Part shown: piece after piece, positions 10,319 to 23,200 of the stretch
How positions within the stretch are numbered: position 1 is the stretch's first letter
How the letters are laid out: each line of letters starts with the position of its first letter
Assembly (NCBI GenBank): GCA_965112735.1
Contig: OZ218952.1
Location: forward strand, 2,914,001 to 2,978,000
Reading direction: 5' to 3'
DNA: 64,000 nt
Source of the DNA: Phaeosaccion multiseriatum
Taxonomy: Eukaryota > Protista > Ochrophyta, other classes
Translations under genes and position numbers: made by a program
The notes under the pieces: model-generated
What the model was told of the DNA's origin: nothing
The model's input: the letters and a program-made list of their open reading frames with translations, nothing else
Database searches by the model: none

Positions 10319-13300
10319 TCATGCAACGGGCGGGGACCCGGGGGGGGACTTCATGTCATGAACCCTTTCTCTCTCTCGAGGACTGACGCTTCCGTCTGCC
10401 CCATTGACGCTGTTCGAAGCCGACATGCTCGTGTCGAGTGGTGATAGCCACGATTGGAACGATTCGTTCTTGTTCGATTTCTCATCGCTCTTCTGCCATC
10501 CCCGTGAGTTGAGACAGTTATCATCACCATCATCACCATCACCACCACCAGCTGCAGCAGCAGCAGCAGCAGCAGTAGCAGCGGAAAGGACCTCCGAGCT
10601 CGACGGCTGACGTTGGACCAGTGGCTCTCTTTCCATAACTTCACTCTCCTCCACAACGGTCACCGCCCCTCCGCTCTCTGGTGCGATGAGGGCCTCTTCC
10701 GCCGTGGTGGTGCCATAGGAGGACGAAGAGGCCGAGGTTTTGGCGAGGATGGCGGGTAGCCAACGCTTCGTCGGCCGCGCGGTTGCCGACGTAATGTTCA
10801 TTTCATCAAGCAAGGCTGAGGAGCCTCGACGGGAAGAGCCTTTCCATCCCCGACCCCGCTGATGCTGAGACGAAGGAGACAACGCCACAGACTGCCCTCC
10901 CGCCGTCTCCTCGCCCACCTCTTCCTCTGCCTGCTCCCGTCCAAGGCTTGCCACGGCGGCCTCCGCCGCAGCTCTGAAGCCCCCGCTGCCTCTGCTGCTG
11001 ACGTCACCCATGCTCGACGAAGCCGGGCTGACTGCCGCTGTAAGAGTGCCGTCGCCCCCAATGCTGCTGCCCCGTCTGCTTGCTCCGGATAGAAACCATT
11101 GCTGCTGTGATGTTGCGGAGAAGCTCACATGCGCTTTCTTGCCGTGAGGAGACCCTCCTGGGCCGATGGCATGCTAGTGAGAGGGATGGGATCAGAGGGA
11201 GAAGGAGAAGGAGAGAAAGAGGGGGAGAAGATGGGGAGGGAGAGAGAGGGGGGGGGGAGGGAGAGTGGTCAGAAGAAGACTGTTGAGCCAAGAAGCCGCT
11301 TGACGAGAGGATTCGTGCAGACCCACCCACACACTCCCGCACACAATACACGCACGCGCATACACGCACATACAAAAACACACACGCGTTGGTAATACAC
11401 ACATACCTCTAGCATAACGGAAGTAAGCATGTGGTAGAGTGCTCTGGAGGTGTTCTTGCCGTCCTTGGCGCTCACTTCCATGTAGGGGATGCCAAGCTGC
11501 TCGGCGAAGCTCTTGCCCTGGGCATCTGAGACCTGCCTCTCCTCGGGGCTACGGCGAAGGAAGAAGGGACAAGATGCACAGGGGAGGGGAGGGGAGAGAG
11601 AAGAGAGCAAACGGGTGCGTAGAGAAGCGAGGGAGAGAGAGAGAAGCGACTGGTGTGCATGAGGCCACCTTTTCTTGATATTTCCCATGAATCATCTCAA
11701 CGTACGAGCGATCGATCCTCTCCTCTGGACCCCACGCACCTACAGTCGCACTTATTGCCGAGCAGGATCATCTTGACGGAAGGGCGGAGGTGCCCGACAA
11801 TGTCCGGCCGAGCGAGCATCTCCTGAAGTTGGTCTAGGGATTCGGAGCTCGTAACGTCAAACACCAGGAACAGGCCATCGACCATGCGAAGGTACGGGGC
11901 AGAGACGCTCCAAAAGCGCGAGCCTCCAGCAAAGTCACACTGGATAGATGAGTGGGAGAGGGAGAGGGAGGGAGGAAGGGAGGGAGGGGAGGGGAGGAGA
12001 GAGGGAGGTGAAGGAGGGAGGGGGGGAGTGAGGTGAGGGAAAGCAAGAGGGAGAGAAGGAAGGAGATGAGGGGAGGGAGAGGAAAGGGGAGAGGGAGGGA
12101 GGCGAGGGGAGAAGAGAGGGAGGAAGGAAGGGAGGGAGGGAGGGAGGGAGGGAGGGAGGGAGGGAGGGAGGGGAAAGGGGAGAGGGAGGGAGGGAGGGAG
12201 GGAGGGAGGGAGGGAGGGAGGGAGGGAGGGAGGGAGGGAGGGAGGGAGGGAGGGAGGGAGGGAGGGAGGGAGGGAGGGAGGGAGGGAGGGAGGGAGGGAG
12301 GGAGGGAGGGAGGGAGGGAGGGAGGGAGGGAGGGAGGGAGGGAGGGAGGGAGGGAGGGAGGGAGGGAGGGAGGGAGGGAGGGGAAGGAAGGAAGGGAGGG
12401 AGGGAGGGAGGGAGGAAGGAAGGAAGGAAGGAAGGAAGGAAGGAAGGAAGGAAGGAAGGAAGGAAGGAAGGAAGGAAGGAAGGAAGGAAGGAAGGAAGGA
12501 AGGAAGGAAGGAAGGAAGGAAGGAAGGAAGGAAGGAAGGAAGGAAGGAAGGAAGGAAGGAAGGAAGGAAGGAAGGAAGGAAGGAAGGAAGGAAGGAAGGA
12601 AGGAAGGAAGGAAGGAAGGAAGGAAGGAAGGAAGGAAGGAAGGAAGGAAGGAAGGAAGGAAGGAAGGAAGGAAGGAAGGAAGGAAGGAAGGAAGGAAGGA
12701 AGGAAGGAAGGAAGGAAGGAAGGAAGGAAGGAAGGAAGGAAGGAAGGAAGGAAGGAAGGAAGGAAGGAAGGAAGGAAGGTGGAAGAAGGATGGGTCTTAC
12801 AAAGTGTTTGCATGTCATCGTTTGGCTGGACTTACGATTTGCAGTTTCAGATGAGTTTCGGCAATAGTCATCTTCTTGACGTTCTGCGGGACACAGGTCG
12901 GTCGATAGGTAACAACAAGTAGAGCATCAATTGGCGGGGGGGCGCACACGGGGAGGCAGGACGAAGCGAGAGGAAGTATGCGTGGGTAAAGGGACAAGGA
13001 GGCGTAGCTGAGGCTGGCAAAACGCTGAACACGTTATACTCGACTGGCAGCAGCGTGGACTCACATAGTCAATACCGGATGTTGAGCCTGGGTCAGGCGT
13101 CCATCGATCCTCGACGAGCCTGTTTCTGAGGCAGGTTTTTCCACAGGAGCCACCAAAGACTCCAATCTTGAAGAATACCTCACTGTAGACGGTATACGAG
13201 GGGAAGAGGAGAAGATTGGGCAATTGATCATCGAGGATAATGGGGTAGTGAGAGGACACGCCAAGGAGCGGGGGGGGGGGAAGTGGAAGAGGAGAGAGTG

Positions 13301-13534
13301 AGAACAAGCACGAGAAATCCAGTCCGGGAGGCAGCAGAGGATTTGGACCTGCCCCTGGCCAACCTCTTCTCCTCCGGCACTGGGTTGGATCAGAGAGGGA
13401 GAGAAAGTGATGAGTTGTTCTTACGATTTGCCGTCTCCATTCTCTCCTCCTCCGTTGGTGTTGCAGTACTCGTACGCGTGGCCCGCCTTTGCCTCCTCCC
13501 TTGGACACAAGCAAGGGCAGCAGCAGCGTAACAT
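10319..13534 (-). CDS. Atypical Rab-like small GTPase with N-terminal Cys cluster and long disordered C-tail
   Basis: Exons 13534-13425, 13182-13065, 12883-12836, 11939-11740, 11548-11407, 11173-10319. Motifs FKIGVFGGSCGKT, TSGIDY, KLQICDFAGG, LVFDVT, LLGNKCD, YMEVSAK. Last exon acceptor inferred. Confidence 0.85.
11955..12780. repeat. ~830-bp polypurine tract: degenerate GA-rich, then (GGGA)n, then (GGAA)n
   Basis: Direct reading; fills almost all of Rab intron 3. Confidence 0.97.
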
Positions 13535-13748
13535 CGATATTCCTCTAAAGAGACCAACTTTCTTTTTTTCTTCTTTTTTCTTTTTGATCCAGCCATCGAT
13601 CCTCTTTAGCGTTTCGCCAGTTTCAGTTTCCGCTGCGCTTTTCCTTTCCCCCCTGTTGGCGGTAAACGATACAAAATAAGTAACAAAGCAACCCGCGAAG
13701 AAAAGAAGCAAAAAAGCTACCTTCCTCTGTGTGATACAGAAGGTATAG

Positions 13749-16497
13749 ATGGCAGACAATGCCCAAGGGCCGCCGCAAGGTCGGGGCATGGCTCGTCAGG
13801 AAGAGAAGGTACTAGGCGAGGAACGGGAGGGGGGAACAGGTGCGGCGGAGACAGTCGAAGGGGGAAGAAAAGGAGGCAAGCTCAAGGCCTCAGCCAGCGT
13901 GATTGCCGAGAAGCGCTCCCGGATGCTGAGGCCAGCTCCTTTGAGGGTCCCTCCGGAGTGGGAACAGCAACAGGAGGAGCCCGAAGGGGATCAGCCTGGT
14001 GGTGGGACTTCGCGGGAAGACGACTTTCTGCACGCGCGGTTCAAAGAGACCTCTGTGGGAGGAGAGGGGCCACCGCCGCTGCTGGGGATGACCCCACGCG
14101 ATGTCGCTATCAACATCACCGCTCCTAAGACACCAACCACGCCCCTTGCCGTAGCGAATGGCGGAGGGGAAGGAGGGCGATCGGCGCTGCCCTCAACGCC
14201 GCAGTATGATCCAGGAAGGGCAGAGAGTAGTCTGCGGGATGTGGGGGGCGAGGAGGGGGGCAGGGAAGATGCGAGTGGGGGCGGATGCAGGCAGTCCGAG
14301 GGCGTCTTCAATGTCAGTCAGCCCGTTGGTGAGAAGAGCGGACTCGGAGGGATGAGGTGCCGACCGGAGAGCGAGGACGAGAACGGGGGGCAGAAGGACA
14401 CCAGGAAGCGACGCAGGGAGCGCACTCATGAAGATGACCAGGGTGGGCAGGCTGGTGATGAGGGGGGGGCGTTCGAGAAGGAGGGGAAGGACGACGTGAT
14501 TGCGCAAGACGATGTGGAGAGCACAGAGGCTGGGGCAACCACCAACGATGCGACAACGAGCCCATCACCAACACCACAGCAGCTGGAGAAGGTGAGCACC
14601 GCGGCTCTGATGTTCACTCCTCAAGCTCCGTCTGAGCATGTGATGGAGCGATCCCTGCCGCCAGAGGAGACGCAAGAGGGGCGGCAGGAAACGGTAGCGG
14701 CAGGGGTGGTAGGTGCAGCAGGCGGGACAGCTTTGGAGTCGACAGGTGGTGCTGGTGAGACGGGAGGGAACGGGGTGAGGCCAGCCTCCGCTACTGTCCT
14801 GCCTCAGCGCCTGGATGCTTTGTACTCGCCCGTGCTGCGCTCCGCACCTCCGCCTCCTTCTACGCGCGAGGGTTCGTGCTCCAAGGACTGGGAAGAAGAG
14901 ACTTGTGCCACCACCAGGGAGAAGGAGAGGGGGGGGGAGGGTTGTGGTGCGTCGCAGAGTGAACCTGCCTCGCTCACCGGCAATCACAGCGAGAGCGGCG
15001 GCGAGAATCAGCAGCGGGGATCCGAGTCAGTCACGCGTCCACCGCTCGAAGATGAAGCAGCGCGAGGAGACAGCTCCTCGTCCCACGGGGTAGATGCTGC
15101 TGCTGCTGCTGCTGCTGCTACGACAGCCACTGAGTCTCTCACTACCGCACCCACTCCAGCCGCAGCGCTTGGAGATGATGACCCCGTTGATCATGAGAGA
15201 GGCACCACCACCGTTGTCATTGAGAAGGACATCAGTGCATTGCCCCACAGCATGGCGGATCAGGAAACTGGCGCAGGTAGTGATGCGACGATCCAGGACA
15301 GCGATGACGATGACTACCCGGCAGAGAATAGAGGCAAGGACCAAGCATGCCAAGGGGAGGGGCGGGAGGGGGGGGCAGCAGGTCGTGGAAGCGGGTTACC
15401 GAAGGGGAAGCAGAGCGTTCGCTTCACGCTTCCCCTCGAGGAGGAGCGAGTGAGCGCGCCCAAGACCGTACGCTGGAGAGCGAAGAGGAAAGAGCAAAAG
15501 CGGAAGAACAGAGGCTTTCCGAGGGAGGCGACCGCCAAGCTCTTGCCGGACTCCGAGTCGCCCCCCTCTGAGTCGACGACTGGTGGTGACCAGCAAGCCA
15601 GCTCAACTTGTCCTTCTCTTGGGCCCCACCAGCAGCTGGACATACAGCAGCGTCCACCTCAGCAGGACAAGCGCTCAAGTAGTGACGCGTGGACAACGCA
15701 AAGCGAGAGCCAGGGAGGGGGCGATGGAGGGCGAGGCGGCCCCAGTAGGCAAGAGAGCGGAGTGGGGACGAAGCGAAAGAGCGGCCCCGAGGCGGGGAAG
15801 GGGGGGGAGGGGGGGGGGGAGGAACAGGAGATGAAGGAGGCGAGACTAGCAGTCGGAGCCAAGAGGAGCAAGTCTTCCGCTGCGGGATGTGACGAAGGCA
15901 AGGAGAACGACATGGCGGGTGCTGTTTCCAACGCTCCTTTCGCGAGTGGAATGGGCCGAGGAAGCTTCGAAGGAGGGCGGGGAATCTTCTCTAGGCAAGA
16001 TGAATCCTCGCACTCGTCCTCCCTGCTCCTGCACAGCGCCACCGCGGGCAGCCGTCCAGACACAAGCGGTGGCTTCGGTGGAAGAGGGGCAGGAGGGGGG
16101 GCGGGAAGCAACAGCAGCCACACCCATTGCAGAGGGGAGGGAGTCAGCCTCTTCGCCGGACTGGTCATGGACCCTACCGATGTAGCTGAAAGGAGAAGCA
16201 GCAGCAAAGACTATGTCATTTGTTTGGATGACGTGAGCCCGAATGCGCCCAGTCGTCGCATCACAACAGGCACTGCGAGTAGTACAAGGGCGAAGGGCGT
16301 GTGGAGAGCGCCTCGTGTCTGCCTTCCGGTGGCCGCGCCTGTACCACCTACTACGCCACCGCGTTCATCAGCGGCCTCCTCCTCTCTTCCTTCGCCCGCC
16401 AGTGCCAGTGCCAGTGGGGCGGTCAGTGCTCCTCTTGGGACTCCATCGCCAAGAGATGCGCCAGTGTCCGCAGTCCCCAGCACTTCGCCACTGTTCC

Positions 16498-16548
<51 letters not shown>

Positions 16549-18776
16549 AGACAGGCGGAGAGGAGAGCGGAAGACAGTCGGTCGCATGTCATCATCAAAC
16601 AGGCACGGATGATGCCACTTGCGACGACACAGGGGCGAAAGCAGGGCAAGGACTTGTGGTGCGAGCGGCACACCAGCTCGTTCAGGTGAGCAACGGCATA
16701 TGCCGCACCTTGTCAGGGTCAGAACACCGTGAGTCGTACTAAGCAGCATCGCCTTCACCACGCTGCCCCCCGCAAGCTCTTTCAATTGCCTCGCATTATC
16801 CACCCCACCCCTCTGCTGCCCCCGTTCTCGACACACCTTGCGTCGGTGCGCCGGCAAGCTAGCGTCTTTGTGTACGTTGTGGTGCCCATCGACTGACACT
16901 GTACCGCACTGCTGCGCCAATCTTCTTTCCCTCTCTCTGTTAAACTTTGACTCTGTATTGATTGCTTCAATGACTCACGACCATGACCCGAAGATGACCC
17001 CACCGCCACGCAAAGGCAGCGCCACGCAGCCTCTCGTCAGGGGATCCTCGGAGGGCCAACAAGCGGAGACCGACTCGATGGCAGTCAACGACAATGACAA
17101 CGCAGGAGGAGTGGGCGGAGGAGCGGCAATGCGGGGCGGGGGCGGGGGCGGGGTGGGGAAAGCGGCACCCGTCCGAGGCTTCACTCGGCTGAGTCATGCC
17201 TTGCTGGGAAAGGGAAGAGTGGACAGCTCTTCAGCAACTGCCCCACCGCCGGTGCCGCCGTCGCCGGAAGCAATGGAGAGTCTGCAGGGGGAGGTGGTGC
17301 AGCTGAGGCAGCAAAGGGTACGCCTCCACGACGCCATGGCAGCGGAGTTCGAGGTCAAGCTCCACAATCAGGTAGGTGGTAGAGGTGACTGACTCAGGAA
17401 CTTACAGGTGACCGACCGTATGGGAGCTGACGCGTCCGCAGACAGAAAGGGTGCATACATTGAGCAAAAGCAACAATGCCGTTGTTGCGTTGTTGCTTTT
17501 TCGACCAGCTGCCAACCACGAGCGATGGAGAGCTCTCTGTCCTGTCTATCGTCTCTTCGGTGCCCAATCCACGCGCACTACGTCGATTTCCTTGTCGTCA
17601 ACACGGTCGTTGTTTCCTGAACTTGTCGCGAGCGAGTCGTCGGCGTGTCTGAGGTCATGCTTGCCCCTTCCTTGCCCCCCCTCTCTTGCCCCACTCTTCT
17701 CCTCCCGTGCGTGGCTCTTGCTCCCTTACTCTTCTGCTTCACCCCCCCCCCCCCCCGGCATGCTCTGCTCAAACGCCTGTCAGAGCGCCACAATGACGAA
17801 GCAGTTTGAGTATCTGCTCGGAGAGGTGCGCTCCGAGGCCGAGGCGGGGGTGAACGAGGCCCGGACTGTCTTTGAGCGAGCAGCGATGCAACCCGTCCTC
17901 GACACCCGAGCAGACTGCGAAGGAGGTGCGCGGGGAAGCAGGGCGGTGCGTGTGTGCGTGTGTGCGTGGCTGGGCTGCTGGGCTGCTGGGGTGTTCGGCT
18001 GTTCGGCTGTGGCTGCCTGGAGTGAAAGGCAGATAGAGAGATAGAGAGATAGAGAGAGAGAGAAAGAGAGATAGAGACGTGGTGTTCGTGTGCACGACTG
18101 TGACTGCTGAGTGGGGGCGAAGGAGGAGAGAGGCGCTGCTGTGGGTAGCTCCGCAGGCAACAGAGACAGTTTGATCGTCGCCTTTTTACATTTTTTTCAC
18201 GCAACTGATAATGTGACGGGCTGCCCATGCGCAGACCTCGGTGCGGAGGTGCGGGCCCTCAGGCAGGAGTGCGCTCGACAGCAGAGGAGCATCGCAGACA
18301 AAGTCCGTGCAGAGTACGCGGACCGGAAGGAGGTCATGGTGCTCTGCCGAGCGCTTCAGGTATGTCCAACTCAAGTAGTAATAGAGTGGTACGCAGCAGG
18401 CAGGGGCTCAAAGGTGTGTCACCAACCGAGGCTGACTGAGTGGATACGGCTGCTGCCGTGTGGAGACCGACTTTGATCGGATGCTGGTCGACTTGTGTGC
18501 AACCGAGTACAAGTACCCGGGGGGGTGCAGCTTATTCCTCCTTCCTTTTGCTTTGCTTGGCTTAGCTTCGCTTCGACCATTGACTGTCTATACTCTCTGC
18601 TCATTTCATGCAGGAGGAAGCGATTGAGCAGAATTCCTCTGCGCTGCGTGAGCTGAGGCGAGAGGTGGAGAGAGAGGTGATGGCCGAGCAGGGGTCTGTT
18701 CTCGTGGCACAGCGTCAGGAGTGGGAGGAGGAGAAGGAAATGGCGCTCTCGTTGCAAGCGGTCCGGCACGACAAAG

Positions 18777-18860
<84 letters not shown>

Positions 18861-19942
18861 ATGCGCGTGCGTGCGTGCGTGTGTGCGTGTGCTTGTGTGT
18901 GTGCGCGCGTGTGCGTGTGCGTGCATGCGTGTGTGTATGGGGGGAGGGGGGGGGATGGTGTGTGGGTGTGAGTGCTTGTGTGTGTGTGCGCGCGCGCGTG
19001 CGTGCGTCTGTGTGGATGTGTGTCTGTGCGTGTGTGCGTGTGCGCGCGTGTGCGTGTTTGTGTGCGCGAGACTGACTATCCGTCTGTAGTCGAGACAGTG
19101 GGGAGGGGAGATCGATATAGGCACCACGGCCACGCCCATGCTCATTGCTTTATATAGTACACGAGGTCGTGTCCCTCCGACTCGTCAGTCGTCCCCATTG
19201 GTATAAAGTTGATGCCAGCTAGAACCCCCCCTCATTCCACTAAATCACTGACTTACAACAGGTGCTTCAGCTCATGAGCAGGATCAGGGCCTTGGAGCAG
19301 GTATGAACATTGAAGAGTAGGGAGAGAGAGAGGAGGGGGGGGGGGGGGGGGCTGAGGGTTGAATGAGGCGCTTGTCAGTGCTTTGCGGCCGTGCGATGGG
19401 CAGGCGAGAGATACGGGCCACCAAGGAGGGGGGTAACAAGTCCTTTCGTCGTTCGTTCGTTCGTTTGGTCGTTGGTTCCAAGGAGTTCTGACGTAACTTC
19501 CCTGTCTACCTGTCTCTCCGTCTGTCTGTGCCATGGGTCTTCCCTGCCCTCCCCCTTGCATGTCTTCCTCGGTTTCCAGGCTTCCACCAGTTGCAAAGAG
19601 GAACGAGGCGGCGGCGGGGACGGAGGCGACTCAGGTGTTGCCAGCAGCAATCACGGTGGCACTTGTCCATCAGATAGGACCAAATCGCCCTCCAAGAAGC
19701 GCCGTTTCAAATCCCCGGCGTCCGTCAGCCCGCCCCCGGGAGCAGAAGCAGTAGCGGTCTCGGAAGGGAAAGCAGTGAAGAAGAGGAAGGCAAAGGCCTC
19801 CTCGTCTTCTTCTCCTTCGTCTTCGTCTTCCTCTTCCTCCTCCAGCGCGGGTGCTGCCAGTACCAAGCGCAAGACAACAGCCGCCATCTCCTCCTCTGCG
19901 GCTGCTTCCCAAACAGCCCACTCCAAGGCGGACTCTCTGTGA
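13749..19942 (+). CDS. Large hypothetical protein: ~980-aa disordered N-terminus, coiled-coil core, basic/Ser-rich C-terminus (NLS-like KKRR)
   Basis: Exons 13749-16685, ~16994-17371 (acceptor uncertain), 17784-17925, 18235-18359, 18614-18778, 19262-19300, 19580-19942. Heptad-like E/R/Q/L-rich internal exons join in phase. Confidence 0.65.
18779..19068. repeat. (GT)n then degenerate (GT/GC)n microsatellite beginning exactly at a donor GT
   Basis: GAG|GTGTGTGT... at 18778/18779. Confidence 0.95.
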
Positions 19943-20776
19943 GCATTTTTGGTTAGAGCGGTATCAGAGCACAGCGACGACTCGCCCGCGAGGCCGGATG
20001 GTTCGTGGTCACTTCTCGTGTCTTCTCACAAGCTAGTGAACGGAGTTACGTGGTAGGCGGCCTTGACGACGGTGTGCCCTTTCAAGGGGTGCAGCACAAG
20101 ACCACTCGGGGGGGTGGGAGGGGGAGGGGGAGGGGGAGGGTACACTTGAAGAGCTGTGTCCTCCAGTCTTCACGCCTTCCCCCATCTACACTTCCTTTGC
20201 CCAGAGCTTTCCAAGCTCGTCCAAGATGGACTCTCTGACGCCCGCAGTGATGCGCAGAAAGATGAGACAGGCTCTCTTCTTTCTGGCGGAGCAGCTCTCC
20301 ATCCTTTCTTGCCTCCTCCTTGCGCTGCTCAATAGCAACCAGAGGTGTCATCATCATCACCCACCATCATCATTCGCCGAAAGCACAAGGATGAGGGTGT
20401 CATTCTCCCCTCGGATCCCCCCCAATGAATACGAAGTTTTAGTTTTCCAGCCCAGCGTTTCCAACAGAGCAATACATGTCCTCAGCAACAGCAGCAGAAA
20501 CCGCACCGCAAGCAGCACACGGCAGGAAATGCTCGAGAAACGGAGTCTCCTTTCCCGCGGCCTCCACCCCACCACGGTGATCAATAAAGCAGAAATAGTT
20601 GTCTGACTTGTCTGCCCGAAGCCCAAAGACATGCTCCCATTCCCCTTCCGTCAGAGGCCCTTGGATTGCTTGGCACCTCCCACTCCACTCGTCTCCTCCA
20701 AGGTGGGCCCACAACACGCGTGCATGATCGAGTCAGCCTTCTTTTACCATCCTTTCGTCTTGGCCTTCCTGTCAAT

Positions 20777-22300
20777 CTACGAGAACCAGTCGTTCCAGTC
20801 CTCTGCACCTTCCCTTGCCCTCGCTCTCCTCTGCCTGGCAGCTTCGGCGTCGGCGTCTTGGGAAGGAAGTTCGAGGCGGCAAACAGGACAGGTACTCCGG
20901 CGCTTAAGCCAATGAATTATGCAGCTGTTTTGTTTGAGAGAGGAGAGAGGGTGGGGGGGTAGGTGGGTGTGTTATTGCAGAGAAAGAGGGAGAAAAGCAT
21001 GCACCGAGAGAGAGAGAGGGAGAGAGAGGATAAAGATAGAGAGGGAGAGGGAGAGGGAGAGGGAGAGGGAGAGGGAGAGGGAGAGGGAGAGGGAGAGAGA
21101 GAGAGAAAGAGAGAACCCTGCGGTACGACAATTACAGCAGGCCAAAAGAACAAGGAAGGACTCGGCGTGCCATTGTCTTAACTCTTCATGGTAGAGATGC
21201 CCGCACGGCAGACGCACGACCGTGGTGCCCACTTGGAATAGCTCCTGGCACACCACGCAGTCCTTCTCTGACGCGTTGACGGTCATTTCGCAGATCAGAG
21301 CAGCAGCCGCAGCAGGGGCAGAGGCCGATGTAAGCTGCTTTCCCTGTCCCTCCGTGGCCCCCTTTAGCATGGCCTTGATGAGCTTACCCACACGCTGGTC
21401 GACCATACACACGGGGATGCTCAGGCCCCCCTCCGCAGCCTCTCCCTTGCTGTCTTTCATCTGCGAAGGGTGGGGAGGGGGGTCAGGGTAGGGCAGGGCA
21501 GCAGGTGTGTGGTGAAGTGTGAGAGAGCGCAGCAGGCCAGTAGGCAAAGAAAGCACAGTCCGCAAAGGAGGAGCCAATCGAGACTACAACGCTACACTCA
21601 CCACATAGGGCCACACATCCACCGTCTGGACGATGATTACGGCCTTGGCGCCTGCCTTTTGTGCCTCGAGTGCCTTCGTCGCGAAGGTCGACCCCCCGCG
21701 GTCCACCACCACAATACAGCCGCAGAGAGAGTTCTTCCCTTCCTCCCCCGTCCCGTTCATGTAGCGGGGATGGCCCGTGGGAGGGTCAGCGAGGACGAGG
21801 GCTGCAAGGAGGGGCCCAGCAGCGGGGGGGGTGCCGAAGTCTGCGAAGAGCGCATCAACGCACACTGCATCTTGAGGAGTCGCCTTGGTGAAGAGCTTGA
21901 GAGAGGTCTGGAACAAAATCCAACTGTTCTCCTCCACCGTAAAGCGAGGCAGCTTATCTACCGCCACTTGCTGCGCTGCTGCTGCTGTCGCCTCCCCCCC
22001 AGCTCCGAAAGCCCCCTCAAGACCACCCCCCTGTGCAGCCATCGCCATCATGCCCGCGATGTCCGGGTTCCCCTCGAACTGCTGCTGCAGCCAAGACAGA
22101 GCCTCTCGTCCGGAGCCCAGGTGCTGCAGTTCCTCGGGTATGGAGGGGTCGGTGTCATCCTGAGCAGCCTCTTCAGGAAGAGGTGGTGTTGCTGTCTCAC
22201 TCACTCCAGGGCGCTGTAGAAGGCCCTCTCCACAAACCGGGCAGCAATTTGGTGCCACGGGGTCCTCCTCCCTATCTTCACTACAAGCGTCGCACCACAT
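20777..22300 (-). CDS. RING-H2 E3 ubiquitin ligase with N-terminal zinc ribbon and PA domain
   Basis: Exons 22300-21602, 21460-21183, 20924-20777. MWCDAC...CPVCG zinc ribbon; PA domain (VVVDRGGSTFATKALEAQKAGAKAVII); CVVC...LPCGHLYH.DCIIHWL...CPVCR.ELP RING-H2. Confidence 0.9.
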
Positions 22301-22487
22301 AGAGAAAAGGAGGGAGAGACAAGATAAGAGAAGGGGAGAAGGAGAGAAGTCGGGAGAAGGAAGCGCCGCATCACAAAAACTACAGTATTTTACTTTTAGG
22401 CATCGAATTTTACTTTTAGGCATCAAGCCGACCCATCGATCCCATCGAGCCCCGCAGAAGAAGTGGGAGAGGAGAGATCGAAGAGCC

Positions 22488-23140
22488 ATGAAGGATCCAG
22501 GAGGGGTAGATGCTTCCGATGAGGGTGTCACTTCAGCTGAAGAAGTTGCTGAAGTACGCATCATCGTACCGGGTGAGGCGATGGCTCACGGAAACTTTAC
22601 TCGGGTCCTGCTCGACTCCTCCACCAAGGCCAGCGATATCAAGGCGCAGCTGGCGGAGAGGATGCGCCTGAGCGAGGAGGAGGCAGGCTTCTTTGACTTG
22701 CTGATCTCCTACCCGGACACGAGGGTGCGCGATGCCCCGGTTTCGAAGAAGAGGAGCAGGGCCATCGCGTACCAACGGTGTTCGTCTGGGGGCCCAGGTG
22801 AAGAAAATGACCACAGCCCGCCCCCGCCGCCTCCTGGCCTCGATGACCACGAGATGAAAAACGGGGGGGGGTCGCAGCAACAGCAGGAGCAGGAGCAGGA
22901 GCAGAATCAGGAGGAGGAGGCGGAGGAGGAGGAGGAGGAGGAGGAGGAGGAGGAGGAGGAGGAGGATGAACCATTCGACGTACGATACATTTTACATTTG
23001 TTCACGGATGAGGAGCAGCTGAGCAGCTGGTCTAAGCTGTACGACAGGTGGACTCCAGCAGTCAGTACTAGTAGCGGAGGGAACGAAGGTGGTAGGGTCA
23101 GCGGGGATGTGAGCCAAGGCCGCCAGCAGCAGGTGGTGAC

Positions 23141-23200
<60 letters not shown>

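Noticed and set aside
11697-12854. Long ORFs of PSFL/EGRK repeats (and similar CVCV, THSL, FVCL, poly-L/E/P ORFs throughout)
   Set aside because: Stop-free translations of intronic microsatellites, bounded by splice sites of real genes.
19148-19208. Small intronic multi-hairpin flanked by CTTTATA/TATAAAG; similar small hairpin at 24578-24614
   Set aside because: Short stems, single copy and no TSD; compatible with chance.
20082-20717. Short ORFs on both strands between convergent stops
   Set aside because: No recognisable domain or splice support; likely 3' UTRs.
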